Below the pieces are notes generated by a model. That model did not search any database and had not been told where the DNA came from. It was given only the letters and a program-made list of their open reading frames with translations. A program made the translations under genes and the position numbers. DNA of 64,000 nt, from the NCBI GenBank assembly GCA_020061105.1, contig JAGUYW010000030.1, positions 20,549-84,548 on the forward strand. Direction: 5' to 3'. This document shows positions 50,041 to 59,588 of the stretch, in pieces; within the stretch, counting starts at the first letter, position 1, and each line of letters starts with the position of its first letter. Origin of the DNA: Anaerolineales bacterium. GTDB taxonomy: Bacteria; Chloroflexota; Anaerolineae; Anaerolineales; UBA4823.

Positions 50041-51289
50041 ATTTGCCGGTCTTTTCTTCGATCACAACGCTCAGAATCTTATCTCCAAGTGGCAGCGCCA
50101 TCGATTTCGATGGGTCGCGCGCCGTCAGCTTGAGCACCACATCCATCCCCTCGATCACTTTGCCAAAGATGGTGTAGCCGCCGTTCAAATTGGGGGTGGC
50201 GGCATAGGTGATGAAAAACTGGCTGCCGTTTGAGCCTGGCCCGGCGTTGGCCATGGCCACAATGCCTGCCCCATCGAAAACCAGGCTGGGGTCGATCTCG
50301 TTATCGAAGGCATAACCTGGGCCGCCAAAACCGGTGCCGCTCGGATCGCCGGCCTGGGCGACAAAGCCGGGAATCACCCGGTGGAAGGTCACCCCATCGA
50401 ACCAACCCTGCTGCGCCAGGAAAATAAAGTTGTTGACCGCCAGGGGCGCTTTGTCGGCAAACAATTCGATCACCACTGCCCCTTTCTCGGTGTTCAACGT
50501 GGCAATATAGGTTTTATTTGGATCGATCGTCATCGGTGGGCAGTCTGAAAACATACGTTTTTCCAGCAGCGTGACCTGGATAATGGCGTCCAGGCTTTCG
50601 TAGTTCAATCGCCCGCCGTAGGGCGCGCCGTTAATCAACAGGAAGGGGGTGCCGGGCATGCCGATGGCCGAGTTGCGCTCCCAGGCGTCTTTGGCCAGTT
50701 TCTCCAGGGCCTGGCTTTCCATATCGCGTCGGAAGCGCGCCGTATCCAATCCCAGGGCGGTGGCTTGCTGGGTCGCCCAATCGGGAAATTCCTCCGGCAG
50801 CAATTCGTTCCATTCTTTGACCTGCTCAAATAAAAGATCGTGCATTTCCCAAAACTTGCCTTGCAACCCAGCTGCTTCAGCGGCCTGGACAGCCAGGGCG
50901 GCTTTATCATGCCCGTCTAATGGAAAATGGCGGAACACGAGTCGCAGGTCATCAGGATATTCCTGCAGCAGTTCCTCTAAAACGTCCGTCAGCATATTGC
51001 AATATGGGCACTGAAAGTCGCTATACTCAATGAAAGTAATCGATGCGTCTTGCGCGCCTCGGATCCAATCCTTCTCGCCGGGCGGCGGCAGCAGCGCTTC
51101 CTCGGTCGGGCCGGAGGTTGGCTTGCGACTCACCATCGTGCAGCCTGGCTGGCGGGTGGCTACTACAGCCGGTTGCGCTTCCGACGGGTTGGTTGGTGCC
51201 GGGCTGGCGTTGGGCTGGCCTCCCGAACAAGCAGTCAATAGCATTACCAGCAAAATCGAAAAAGAAACGACGCGTATGCGGTTCATCAT
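50039..51289 (-). CDS. Lipoprotein fusing a DsbA-like thioredoxin domain to a cyclophilin-type peptidyl-prolyl isomerase
   Basis: Lipobox LLTAC. DsbA-like FIEYSDFQCPYC. C-terminal cyclophilin motifs FHRVIPGFVAQAGDP...GGPGY.F.NE...MANAGPGSNGSQFFI. Confidence 0.8.
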   Translation of the reverse strand: MMNRIRVVSFSILLVMLLTACSGGQPNASPAPTNPSEAQPAVVATRQPGCTMVSRKPTSGPTEEALLPPPGEKDWIRGAQDASITFIEYSDFQCPYCNMLTDVLEELLQEYPDDLRLVFRHFPLDGHDKAALAVQAAEAAGLQGKFWEMHDLLFEQVKEWNELLPEEFPDWATQQATALGLDTARFRRDMESQALEKLAKDAWERNSAIGMPGTPFLLINGAPYGGRLNYESLDAIIQVTLLEKRMFSDCPPMTIDPNKTYIATLNTEKGAVVIELFADKAPLAVNNFIFLAQQGWFDGVTFHRVIPGFVAQAGDPSGTGFGGPGYAFDNEIDPSLVFDGAGIVAMANAGPGSNGSQFFITYAATPNLNGGYTIFGKVIEGMDVVLKLTARDPSKSMALPLGDKILSVVIEEKTGK

Positions 51290-51497
51290 TGTGTTTCTCC
51301 GAACTCAAGTAGTTAGTATTTCTTACCGCCTAATTTTACCAGCCATCCAGCAGATATCTATCTGAAGCCCTTAGATTAAGATTTTGACTGAAGAGCGAAA
51401 TAAGCTTTACCAGAACAAAAATTCGGTTTATAATATCGGCTAATCGGTGTAATTTAGTCCGATTTACATTGAAAAGACGCCAATTTGAGGAGCAACT

Positions 51498-51974
51498 GTG
51501 GTGCAAAAGATAACCCCTAATCTGTGGTTCGACAACCAGGCGCAAGAAGCCGTCCAGTTCTACACCAGCCTGTTCAAGAATTCTCGGGTGTTGAATGTCA
51601 CCCATTATGGCGAGAACATGCCCTTGCCTGCCGGAACCGTGCTGACGATCACTTTCCAGTTGGATGGACAGGAATTCGTCGCCCTGAACGGCGGCCCGCA
51701 ATTCAAGTTCACAGAAGCCATCTCGCTGTGCGTCAACTGCGAGACCCAGGAAGAAGTCGATGAACTGTGGGATAAGTTCACCGCAGAAGGCGAAGAAAGC
51801 ATGTGTGGCTGGTTGAAGGACAAATATGGCCTATCGTGGCAAATTGTCCCTGCCAGTCTTGACGAACTGCTCTTTAGCCCGGACGCAGAACGCTCTGCCT
51901 GCGCCATGCAGTGCATGCTCACGATGAAGAAACTCGACCTGGCCAAAATCCGCCAGGCTTACGATCAAGAATAA
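51498..51974 (+). CDS. VOC-superfamily protein (PhnB / 3-demethylubiquinone-9 methyltransferase-domain-like)
   Basis: GTG start with a GAGGAG RBS. Motifs ITPNLWFDNQAQEAVQFYTSLF and DKYGLSWQIVP. Confidence 0.7.
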   Translation: MVQKITPNLWFDNQAQEAVQFYTSLFKNSRVLNVTHYGENMPLPAGTVLTITFQLDGQEFVALNGGPQFKFTEAISLCVNCETQEEVDELWDKFTAEGEESMCGWLKDKYGLSWQIVPASLDELLFSPDAERSACAMQCMLTMKKLDLAKIRQAYDQE

Positions 51975-52058
51975 AAAAGCTGCGGGGGCGCCAGGCATCT
52001 GGGTTCGATGCCTTGCACCTGCCATGCAAAGTAATCATAGATCCAAAAGGAGACGAAC

Positions 52059-53174
52059 ATGAGCGGTGTACGCGTGTTGGTTGGCACAAGGAAAGGCGCA
52101 TTCATCCTGACCTCCGATGCGGGGCGCAAGAAATGGGAGGTCAGCGGCCCGCATTTTGCGGGTTGGGAAATTTACCATATCAACGGTTCGCCCGTCGACC
52201 CAGATCGCATCTATGCCTCGCAGTCCTCCGGTTGGTTCGGACAGTTGATCCAACGCTCCGACAATGGCGGCAAGACCTGGAACCCGGTCGGCAACAAGTT
52301 CGAGTACGAAGGGCCGACCGGCACGCACCAGTGGTTCGATGGCAGCCAGCACCCCTGGGAATTCAAGCGCATCTGGCAGCTGGTTGCCTCCCCCAACGAT
52401 CCAGATTTGCTGTACGCTGGCGCCGAAGACGCGGCCTTGTTCCGCTCCGCCGATGGCGGGCAGAGCTGGCAGGAGCTCGCCGGACTGCGCAACGCCAAGG
52501 GGCATCTCTGGCAGCCCGGGGCCGGGGGAATGTGCCTGCACACCATTTTGCTCGACCCGGCCAACCCGCAGCGCATCTTCATCGCCATCTCGGCGGCCGG
52601 CGCTTTTCGCACGGACGACGGCGGGCAGACTTGGCTGCCGATCAATCACGGCCTGCACTCGCCCTACGAGCTTCCCGACCCCAGCGCCGAAGTCGGCCAC
52701 TGCGTTCACAACCTGGCCATGCACCCCGCCCGCCCGGATGTGCTCTTCATGCAAAAGCACTGGGACGTGATGCGCAGCGATGACGCCGGCTATATGTGGC
52801 GCGAGGTCAGCGGCGACCTGCCGAGCGATTTCGGCTTTCCTATCGCCGTGCATGCCCACGAACCCGAAACGATCTATGTGGTTCCCATCAAAAGCGACTC
52901 TGAGCACTTCCCGCCCGATGGCAAGCTGCGCGTCTACCGCAGCCGCTCCGGCGGAAACGAGTGGCAGGCGCTGACCAACGGCTTGCCGCAAAGCAACTGT
53001 TATGTCAATATCCTGCGCAGCGCCCTGGCGGTCGATCATCTCGACTCGTGCGGCGTCTACTTCGGCACCACCGGCGGACAGGTCTACGCCTCCCCCGATT
53101 CCGGCGACCATTGGGCGCCCATCGTACACGATTTGCCGGCCGTGTTATCGGTCGAGGTGCAAACCCTGCCATGA
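52059..53174 (+). CDS. Cytoplasmic BNR/Asp-box repeat beta-propeller protein (sialidase-like fold), function unknown
   Basis: Six Asp-boxes: [48 protein letters not shown]. No signal peptide. The long antisense and alternate-frame ORFs here are GC shadows. Confidence 0.75.
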   Translation: MSGVRVLVGTRKGAFILTSDAGRKKWEVSGPHFAGWEIYHINGSPVDPDRIYASQSSGWFGQLIQRSDNGGKTWNPVGNKFEYEGPTGTHQWFDGSQHPWEFKRIWQLVASPNDPDLLYAGAEDAALFRSADGGQSWQELAGLRNAKGHLWQPGAGGMCLHTILLDPANPQRIFIAISAAGAFRTDDGGQTWLPINHGLHSPYELPDPSAEVGHCVHNLAMHPARPDVLFMQKHWDVMRSDDAGYMWREVSGDLPSDFGFPIAVHAHEPETIYVVPIKSDSEHFPPDGKLRVYRSRSGGNEWQALTNGLPQSNCYVNILRSALAVDHLDSCGVYFGTTGGQVYASPDSGDHWAPIVHDLPAVLSVEVQTLP

Positions 53175-53467
53175 TCCGCGTCTTGCTGCCCACCCATCTG
53201 CAGCGGCTGGCCAACGTTGGCCGTGAAGTTCAAATTGAGGTGGATGGCCCGGTAACCCAGCGCGCCATCCTGGATGCGCTGGAAGCGCGTTACCCGGCGC
53301 TGCGCGGTACGATCCGCGACCAGCTCACCTACAAGCGCCGAGATTTCATCCGTTTTTTTGCCTGCGGAGAAGATTTCTCGCTCGCAGACCCCGATGCGCC
53401 CCTGCCAGAAACGATTGCAACTGGCGCAGAAAGGTTCATGATCGTGGGCGCAATGGCAGGAGGATAG
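53171..53467 (+). CDS. MoaD/ThiS-family ubiquitin-like beta-grasp protein ending in Gly-Gly
   Basis: 98 aa starting [10 protein letters not shown], ending ...[10 protein letters not shown]-stop. The ATG overlaps the upstream TGA (ATGA). The ORF-track start 52961 is an out-of-frame overlap with the BNR gene. Confidence 0.75.
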   Translation: MIRVLLPTHLQRLANVGREVQIEVDGPVTQRAILDALEARYPALRGTIRDQLTYKRRDFIRFFACGEDFSLADPDAPLPETIATGAERFMIVGAMAGG

Positions 53468-53625
53468 CAGTCGCCTTATGAAAAATTCGCAGAAGGACAA
53501 TCCCAATAACGATATTCTCGCCAGCCTGGCGCAGCCAGCCCAACGCGCCCTGGCCCCTCCACTCGCCTTGTGCAGAACTATTGAATTCTAGTCAGCGTTA
53601 AATTGACTTTGGAATTCTATCGGAA

Positions 53626-56600
53626 TTAGTTGTCGTTCTTCCACCAGTTTTGACGCAGGGTAAAGAGGCTGGCATTGGCACGCGCCTCGAGCGTCTTTGC
53701 ACCCTGCTGGATGGCAAACTGGCGGGCAGTATCCAAACACTGTTCAGCCTGGTTGAAAATTGCCTGGCTTTGACCGGTTTGCAGCAATAGTTCGCCCTTG
53801 AGCCGGTAGGCTTCGGCCTCGAACCAGCGTTCGCGGGTTTGCACTCCCACAGCGATTGCTTCTTCCAGCGCTGCCAGGCCGCGCTCAAGCTGCCCGGCCA
53901 GCGCGCAGACCTGGGCGAACAGGATCAAAAAAGTGGTGCGGTTAAGGATTGTGCCCAGGCTTTGGTACTCTTGCATTACCTGATACATCCTCTCGACCTG
54001 TGCAAGGGCAGAAGCGCCGGACTGTGCGTAACCCCATGCCAGTAAAAAGTGCCCCCCCAACTCGTAATTGCGAAACTCATGCTGCTGGGCGATGTGCAGT
54101 AGCTTCTGCGCATGGAGACAAGTAGCTTCGATTTGACCGGTGAAGGCATGTTGCCAGCTGGCTCTGCCTAAAGCATAACAGGATGTCATGGGAACAGAAA
54201 CTTTTTCTGCCAGATCCAGGGCCTCTTGGCTCGCTCGCACGGCTTGTTCTTCATCTCCCATCAACCATTCGCAGTGGCTCAGGTAAGCCAGGGCTACCAC
54301 AGAAGGTGACATACCATATTGATACGCCAGGGAACGTTGTTGCGCGACATCGCGCGGCTGGCTGGCGCGCATGAGTATCTGGCGAGCTTCGATTAACCTA
54401 CCCTGATACAGCGGGCTGACTTGCAGGTTTGCCAGGCATTGCAGGTTAGGGTCGCCAATTTTCTGCGCCAGGTTGTAGAAACGTTTGACCAACCTGTCTA
54501 CTGCAATATGGTTGGCCCGCCCCAAATGGTACACAGAAAGCAGCCACAAGGCGGGGACCAACCGGGCGTCATCAGCCAGTTTGTGGCAAAGCGCTTCTGC
54601 ATCCTGGTAATTTTGTTCAAGGTCGGGTGCTGCCCATCCACGAGCGGCAGTAATCGGTGGCCCCAGACTGAGATGAAGGTCCAGCGCCTGCCAGTCACGA
54701 TTCTCGGATTCGGGCAAAGACCGGAGGTGACGGAGAGCTTGTTGGAAATGGTCGATGGCGGCGCGGCTGGCACTTAACTGGAGGGAGTATTTACCTGCCA
54801 TGGTGTAAAACTGGACAGTTTTTTCGATCTGCCCAGCGGACTCAAAATGGCGTGCCAATACATGGGCAACCTTGGCTAGTTTATCTTTATCGTGGATATT
54901 GTACTGCTCGAGTATTGCACCTACCTTACCATGCAGCCGTGATTTTTCCACCATATCCAGGTGGTTGTACAGGTAGATCTGAAACAGCGAGTGGCGAAAG
55001 CGATAGTGAGACAGGTTTTGTCCGCCTACCTGCTGCAGGCTTTGGGCAGTCACTAGCTGGTGTTGTTTGCTGACCTCCCTGCTTAACAGGTCACACACTC
55101 GCTGTACATCTTTCCCCGCTACACCTGCGATAACCTCAGCAGTGAATTGTTCTCCTTCCACGCAGGCGATATTCAAAAGCTCCTGACATTCCTCTGAAAG
55201 GTGGGCGATGCGCCGTGCGATCACTGCCTCTACCCGGCCTGGCAGCTTCTCCCAATTTAGATGCTGACTGGTGATCCATTTCCCCCGGTTGTTCTTGATA
55301 ATTTCATCGCGCAACTGCATGCCGCGCAAGAGCTCGATCGCAAACAGGGGGTTCCCCGAAGTATGGTGATAAAGGGAGTCTCGAAAGTGCTGGTCGAGCT
55401 CGTTCGGCTCGCTCTGGATCAGCTCTTTCACAAATAGAACGCCCTCGCTTTGCATCAGGTCGACCTGGATGTCGCCGTACACCGCACTCAGCTCCTGGAC
55501 GATCTCCAGCAAGGGGTGGGCTTCGGGGCTTCGCTTAACGATTACTTCTTCGGGACGATAGGCTCCCAAGATGAGAATTTTACTGCCGACGATCTGGCGT
55601 GCCAGGTGGAAGAGCAGGTTCACTGACCCGGGGTCGATCCACTGTAAATCGTCGAGCACCAAAATTAAGGGATGACGTCGCGCCAATTGGCAGTAAACCT
55701 GCGTTAGCTGGTCGAACAAGACAGCCTGTGATACTCGAGTCCGGAGCAGGGGATCAGACGCGCCCTTGATACGTACCTGCAAACGTCTCAGGGATTCTGG
55801 GGAGATGCCGGTATTCAGGCGCGCCAGCGATAGCAAATCTTTTCCCGAGAGGAAGCGGTCGAACAGGTCTGGTCCATGTTCCATTAAGACATCCAGTGTA
55901 TGGGGCAGGAACTTCCACAGCCGCCGCGCATGTTCTGTCGTGATGACGCCGGAGGACACCGGGATTTCCACCTCGCCGGCAAGCATATGTAGGGTGCTCA
56001 GAAAAGGATAATAAGGATCCCCTTGGCCGGTAAATGCGCTGCACTGCCCCCAGGCAACCAGTAGATCGGGGTAGGTAAGCATGGCACGGCGGGAAAATTC
56101 TGCCAGCAAAGCTGTCTTGCCGCTGCCCGGTTCACCAGTCACAAAATAAACCCTGCCATGCCCTTGGTTGGCTTCCTCCAAGGCTTTCTCAAGCAGTCCA
56201 AGCTCAAGCTGGCGCGCAAAGAAGAGCGGGAATCTATCTTTAGAAAGACGACCCTCCACCAGAAATTCAGGGATGTGCTTTTGAGGAAGCATCTCATTCC
56301 CTGTCCATGCAGGTGGCTGAGGCATACTGCCCAGAGATATCCCAGGTTTACCATCTCGGAGCTGTTCGTAAAGCCGGACGGTTTCTGGCTCAGGCTTGAT
56401 GCCCAGGTCACGAGCGAGGTGAGAGCAGCATTCGTCGTACAATACCAGTGCGGTAGAGCGCCGGTTCAGAGCAGACAGGAGTTGCATCTGGTAACGGTAG
56501 GCGGCCTCATCCCATGGTTCCAATTCAAGATAATGCCGGGTGTACTCAGCCGCGGCTTCCAGTTCGCCCCATTGCTCTTGCGCCAGCGCCAGCCGTCTTA

Positions 56601-57117
56601 GGATCTGCAGCAGCCTCTGGTGAGCCTGTTCGCGGGTCGCTAATATCCATTCCTCCAAAGGTGCGCTGTCAACCGAGAAACCTTCCAGGAATTCCCCCCG
56701 ATAGAGAGCCAGAGCAGCTTCCAGTTGGTGGATGCTGATTTCGCCTGGCAATATCTCTTTCCGGGTGTCGGTTTGTGCTGGTCGATCCAGAAATGCCCAC
56801 AAATCGAGCCAACAGTCGCTGTCACGATTGAACTGGAGGGTGGTTTCTGAAAGGAGGAAAAATGAGGGCTCTGACCCTGCGTCTCCAAGTATATGGCGCA
56901 GGTTGGAGAGTGCGTTGCGCAGGTTGCTTTGAGCCGATATTTCGGGCAGGTCGGGCCACAACAGGCCGGCTAATGTAGCGCGTGACCAGGGACGGCGACA
57001 TTCGACCATCAAATAAGCCAGCAGAGCTCGTACTTTGTTGGAGCGGAATCCACTCAGGTGGTGACCTTCCAACTCAGCGGCAAAAGGGCCTAAGAGTCTG
57101 ACCAAGAGGCGCGACAT
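53626..57117 (-). CDS. SARP/BTAD-family transcriptional regulator fused to AAA/NB-ARC-like ATPase and TPR array (STAND architecture)
   Basis: N-terminal winged helix plus BTAD (LLGPF....G........K.RALLAYL; ALALYRGEFLEG; YRYQMQLL). Walker A GEPGSGKTAL and Walker B ILVLDDLQWID. The C-terminal ~500 aa are TPR-like repeats. Confidence 0.85.
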   Translation of the reverse strand: MSRLLVRLLGPFAAELEGHHLSGFRSNKVRALLAYLMVECRRPWSRATLAGLLWPDLPEISAQSNLRNALSNLRHILGDAGSEPSFFLLSETTLQFNRDSDCWLDLWAFLDRPAQTDTRKEILPGEISIHQLEAALALYRGEFLEGFSVDSAPLEEWILATREQAHQRLLQILRRLALAQEQWGELEAAAEYTRHYLELEPWDEAAYRYQMQLLSALNRRSTALVLYDECCSHLARDLGIKPEPETVRLYEQLRDGKPGISLGSMPQPPAWTGNEMLPQKHIPEFLVEGRLSKDRFPLFFARQLELGLLEKALEEANQGHGRVYFVTGEPGSGKTALLAEFSRRAMLTYPDLLVAWGQCSAFTGQGDPYYPFLSTLHMLAGEVEIPVSSGVITTEHARRLWKFLPHTLDVLMEHGPDLFDRFLSGKDLLSLARLNTGISPESLRRLQVRIKGASDPLLRTRVSQAVLFDQLTQVYCQLARRHPLILVLDDLQWIDPGSVNLLFHLARQIVGSKILILGAYRPEEVIVKRSPEAHPLLEIVQELSAVYGDIQVDLMQSEGVLFVKELIQSEPNELDQHFRDSLYHHTSGNPLFAIELLRGMQLRDEIIKNNRGKWITSQHLNWEKLPGRVEAVIARRIAHLSEECQELLNIACVEGEQFTAEVIAGVAGKDVQRVCDLLSREVSKQHQLVTAQSLQQVGGQNLSHYRFRHSLFQIYLYNHLDMVEKSRLHGKVGAILEQYNIHDKDKLAKVAHVLARHFESAGQIEKTVQFYTMAGKYSLQLSASRAAIDHFQQALRHLRSLPESENRDWQALDLHLSLGPPITAARGWAAPDLEQNYQDAEALCHKLADDARLVPALWLLSVYHLGRANHIAVDRLVKRFYNLAQKIGDPNLQCLANLQVSPLYQGRLIEARQILMRASQPRDVAQQRSLAYQYGMSPSVVALAYLSHCEWLMGDEEQAVRASQEALDLAEKVSVPMTSCYALGRASWQHAFTGQIEATCLHAQKLLHIAQQHEFRNYELGGHFLLAWGYAQSGASALAQVERMYQVMQEYQSLGTILNRTTFLILFAQVCALAGQLERGLAALEEAIAVGVQTRERWFEAEAYRLKGELLLQTGQSQAIFNQAEQCLDTARQFAIQQGAKTLEARANASLFTLRQNWWKNDN

Positions 57118-57349
57118 GGAACTTTCTCCTGTTGTTGCAAGCGGACCGATGCTTTAATTACATTATACAGGAATAAACGCTAATAAATGTGTTTTTCGAG
57201 GCAACAGGGTGATTGCCTGTTGGGATTTACGCCCCTCAAAACAAAATATTCTCCTCCACGTTTTCTCCACGCGCCCGAAATGATGAAAGTGTATGCTAAG
57301 ACAAGAATATATTGAATAGGGTCTTTATGAGATATAAGGAGATGAGCCA

Positions 57350-58072
57350 ATGATCACTGGCGAACAACTGCTAGAGGTCTTTGCTGCTTATAACCCGCAA
57401 ATATGGCCGATGCAGTTTGTGGCTTACCTGCTGGGTGTGACGGCAGTTTATCTTGCGCTACGAAAGACAGCCTTTTCAGCGCGTGGCATTCCTGCCATCC
57501 TGGCGTTTTTCTGGCTGTGGGTGGCGCTGTTGTTTTGGCTGCCCAGCGTGTTGCAAGGTTTTATGCCCGGGTATTTCTTTGTAGCCATTTTCTTGATCCA
57601 GGGTTTGTTTTTTGTGATTTATACCATCAGACCCCGGCTGCATTTTGGATCCCCGCCAGATTTGAAGACCTGGATGGGGCTGGGAATGATGCTGTATGCC
57701 CTGCTTGGCTACCCTCTGGTCGGCGCGCTGGTGGGACACACCTACCCGCGCATGTCCCCATTTGGTTTGACCCCCTGCCCGGTGGTGACATTCACTTTTG
57801 GTTTATTATTGTTGAGCGAACAAAAAGTGCCCAAGGGTCTGTTGATCTTACCCTTCCTTTACGCCCTTACTGGCTTTGTGTGGGTATCCATCGGCATGTG
57901 GGAGGATATCGGCATGATCCTCAGCGGATTGGTGGGAACAGGATTTATCTTGTACCGTGATTCCAGGGTTCCAACTGAGAATCAGGTAAATGGTGGTTGG
58001 AGCCTGAATATTCCAGATAAAAAACCGCCGGTTAAGATGAGCCATGAAATCAACCGGTCATCGAGCAGCTGA
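57350..58072 (+). CDS. Integral membrane protein (DUF6064-like)
   Basis: N-terminus EQLLEVFAAYNPQIWPMQFVAYLLGV and ~7 hydrophobic segments. Family assignment from memory only. Confidence 0.55.
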   Translation: MITGEQLLEVFAAYNPQIWPMQFVAYLLGVTAVYLALRKTAFSARGIPAILAFFWLWVALLFWLPSVLQGFMPGYFFVAIFLIQGLFFVIYTIRPRLHFGSPPDLKTWMGLGMMLYALLGYPLVGALVGHTYPRMSPFGLTPCPVVTFTFGLLLLSEQKVPKGLLILPFLYALTGFVWVSIGMWEDIGMILSGLVGTGFILYRDSRVPTENQVNGGWSLNIPDKKPPVKMSHEINRSSSS

Positions 58073-58200
58073 ATGCCCCATATTACCCCGTGATAGAAAC
58101 CAGTTATTAGAAATGAAAGGAGGTCAAGACGAGCAAAACAACCAACCAAAAAAACCGAGAAAAATCCGAATATTTTGAAATAACCATTTCTGGAGGAAAC

Positions 58201-58764
58201 ATGAAAACCAATCACTTGTGTGTCAGTCGTATCTTAGCAGCTGCTGTCATAATCGCCGCGATCTCGATGATCCTGATCGTTCATCCAGCTGCAGCAGAAG
58301 CCACTCGGCTTGACTTCGAAAACTACAATATTGCTTGCTCAATCGTTTCTCAAAAGCTGTGGGTTAGCGATGGTGGGGTTGTGCACATCAGGGACCGTGA
58401 GCTTAACTCGGTGGTGACTTCCAACAGCGAATATTTTGCAGGCCCAGGACATATCTTTGCCAACGCAAACTTATTCAACCCCGCCATGGGTATTGGCACA
58501 TACTTTGGCACCTTGGACATCTACCCAACAGCTTATCCTGAAGGATACTGGTTTGGTCATTGGAGCATGCAGATCACTGAGAATGGCTACCAGGGCCTCG
58601 CTCGCTTAAAAGGTTATGGCAGTCTGCAAGGCATGTTGGCTTTTAGCACCTTGACTCCGCTTCCACCGACAGTATTGGCTAATTATAAGGACCTGTGTGG
58701 TGGAAATCAGCCGATTGCCGGAACATATGTCGAAGGCTATTACCTGGTTCCAGGAGGTGAATGA
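58201..58764 (+). CDS. Secreted hypothetical protein
   Basis: Signal peptide ending AAAEA. GGAGGAAAC RBS. No recognised motif. Confidence 0.5.
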   Translation: MKTNHLCVSRILAAAVIIAAISMILIVHPAAAEATRLDFENYNIACSIVSQKLWVSDGGVVHIRDRELNSVVTSNSEYFAGPGHIFANANLFNPAMGIGTYFGTLDIYPTAYPEGYWFGHWSMQITENGYQGLARLKGYGSLQGMLAFSTLTPLPPTVLANYKDLCGGNQPIAGTYVEGYYLVPGGE

Positions 58765-58796
58765 GCCAGTTGTCCATCTGTAGCGAAGAGGATTAT

Positions 58797-58830
58797 GGGG
58801 ATTTGGGCTGGATATTCTGCCCAAATCCCC
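58797..58830 (+). terminator. Stem-loop after secreted-protein gene
   Basis: 12-bp stem GGGGATTTGGGC/GCCCAAATCCCC with a 10-nt loop and a weak T-tract. Confidence 0.5.
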
Positions 58831-58876
58831 GAGGGTAACCTTGTTTTCACTGATGTAATTTTATTCGAGGTAGATT

Positions 58877-59260
58877 ATGAAGGTTAACACCTTGATCGTG
58901 ATTATGGCGTTACTCTCTCTGATCTGGGGGGCCGGTTTTATCCTGATACCTACCTTCTTCTGGTCGCTTTATGGACTGGCTCTGGACGCGGGAGGGGAGT
59001 ATATGTCACGCCAGTTAGGTGTGGTTTTCTTTATGCTGGGCTTGATCCTATGGTTAGCCAGAAAGGAACAAAGCCCGGTGGCATTGCGAGCGATGACGAT
59101 CGGTCTTTTTTACGGCAATGTGCTGGGCTTTGTGGTGGCGCTAATTGGTCAATTCGGCGCCGAGATCAGCATGTTAGGCTGGGTTGGGATCGTTTCGTAC
59201 TTCTTGCTGGCATTAGGTTTTGGTTATTATCTGGTGAGACCGGTAGATTCGCACATCTAA
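58877..59260 (+). CDS. Small 4-TM membrane protein, function unknown
   Basis: 127 aa with four hydrophobic helices and a GAGG RBS. Confidence 0.5.
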   Translation: MKVNTLIVIMALLSLIWGAGFILIPTFFWSLYGLALDAGGEYMSRQLGVVFFMLGLILWLARKEQSPVALRAMTIGLFYGNVLGFVVALIGQFGAEISMLGWVGIVSYFLLALGFGYYLVRPVDSHI

Positions 59261-59494
59261 GCTCTTCAAGTGCAATGATACAGGATGCGGAAGATTTGGA
59301 GGAAGCTTCAAACATACGAGAAAGCCTGAGCGGAGACATTAGCCAGAACCCCTGCCCCGCTAGTCTCCTGTATGATCGTGGGCGCTATGGCGGGAGGGTA
59401 AGGAACGACTGTCTTAGCCGGATAACGTAACCCGAATAGACAAATACCACTGCAACAAAGGTTCAAAAACCCATTGGTGAATTTCTCAAGAAAA

Positions 59495-59521
59495 TTGAAA
59501 ACCATGTGAGTCTGGTATAAT
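59495..59521 (+). promoter_or_regulatory. Putative promoter with extended -10 for the Prx-like gene
   Basis: TTGAAA-N15-(TGg)TATAAT lies ~70 nt upstream of ATG 59589. Confidence 0.5.
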
Positions 59522-59588
59522 GACAACATAGAGATCGGGTGGGGGGAATGGGCATCTACAAAATAACTAATCTTTCGAGGTTCGAAAA

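Noticed and set aside
53478-53591. 37-aa ORF (MKNSQKDNPNNDILASLAQPAQRALAPPLALCRTIEF) after the MoaD-like gene, possibly a gene fragment.
   Set aside because: It is below any reliable size, has no RBS, and shows only a vague resemblance to an N-terminal fragment of an unidentified family.
59306-59312. CTTCAAA, a tRNA-Sec-like anticodon loop sequence, upstream of the Prx-like gene.
   Set aside because: The flanking sequence cannot form an anticodon stem (GGAAG versus CATAC). No acceptor or T arm can be built, so this is not selC.
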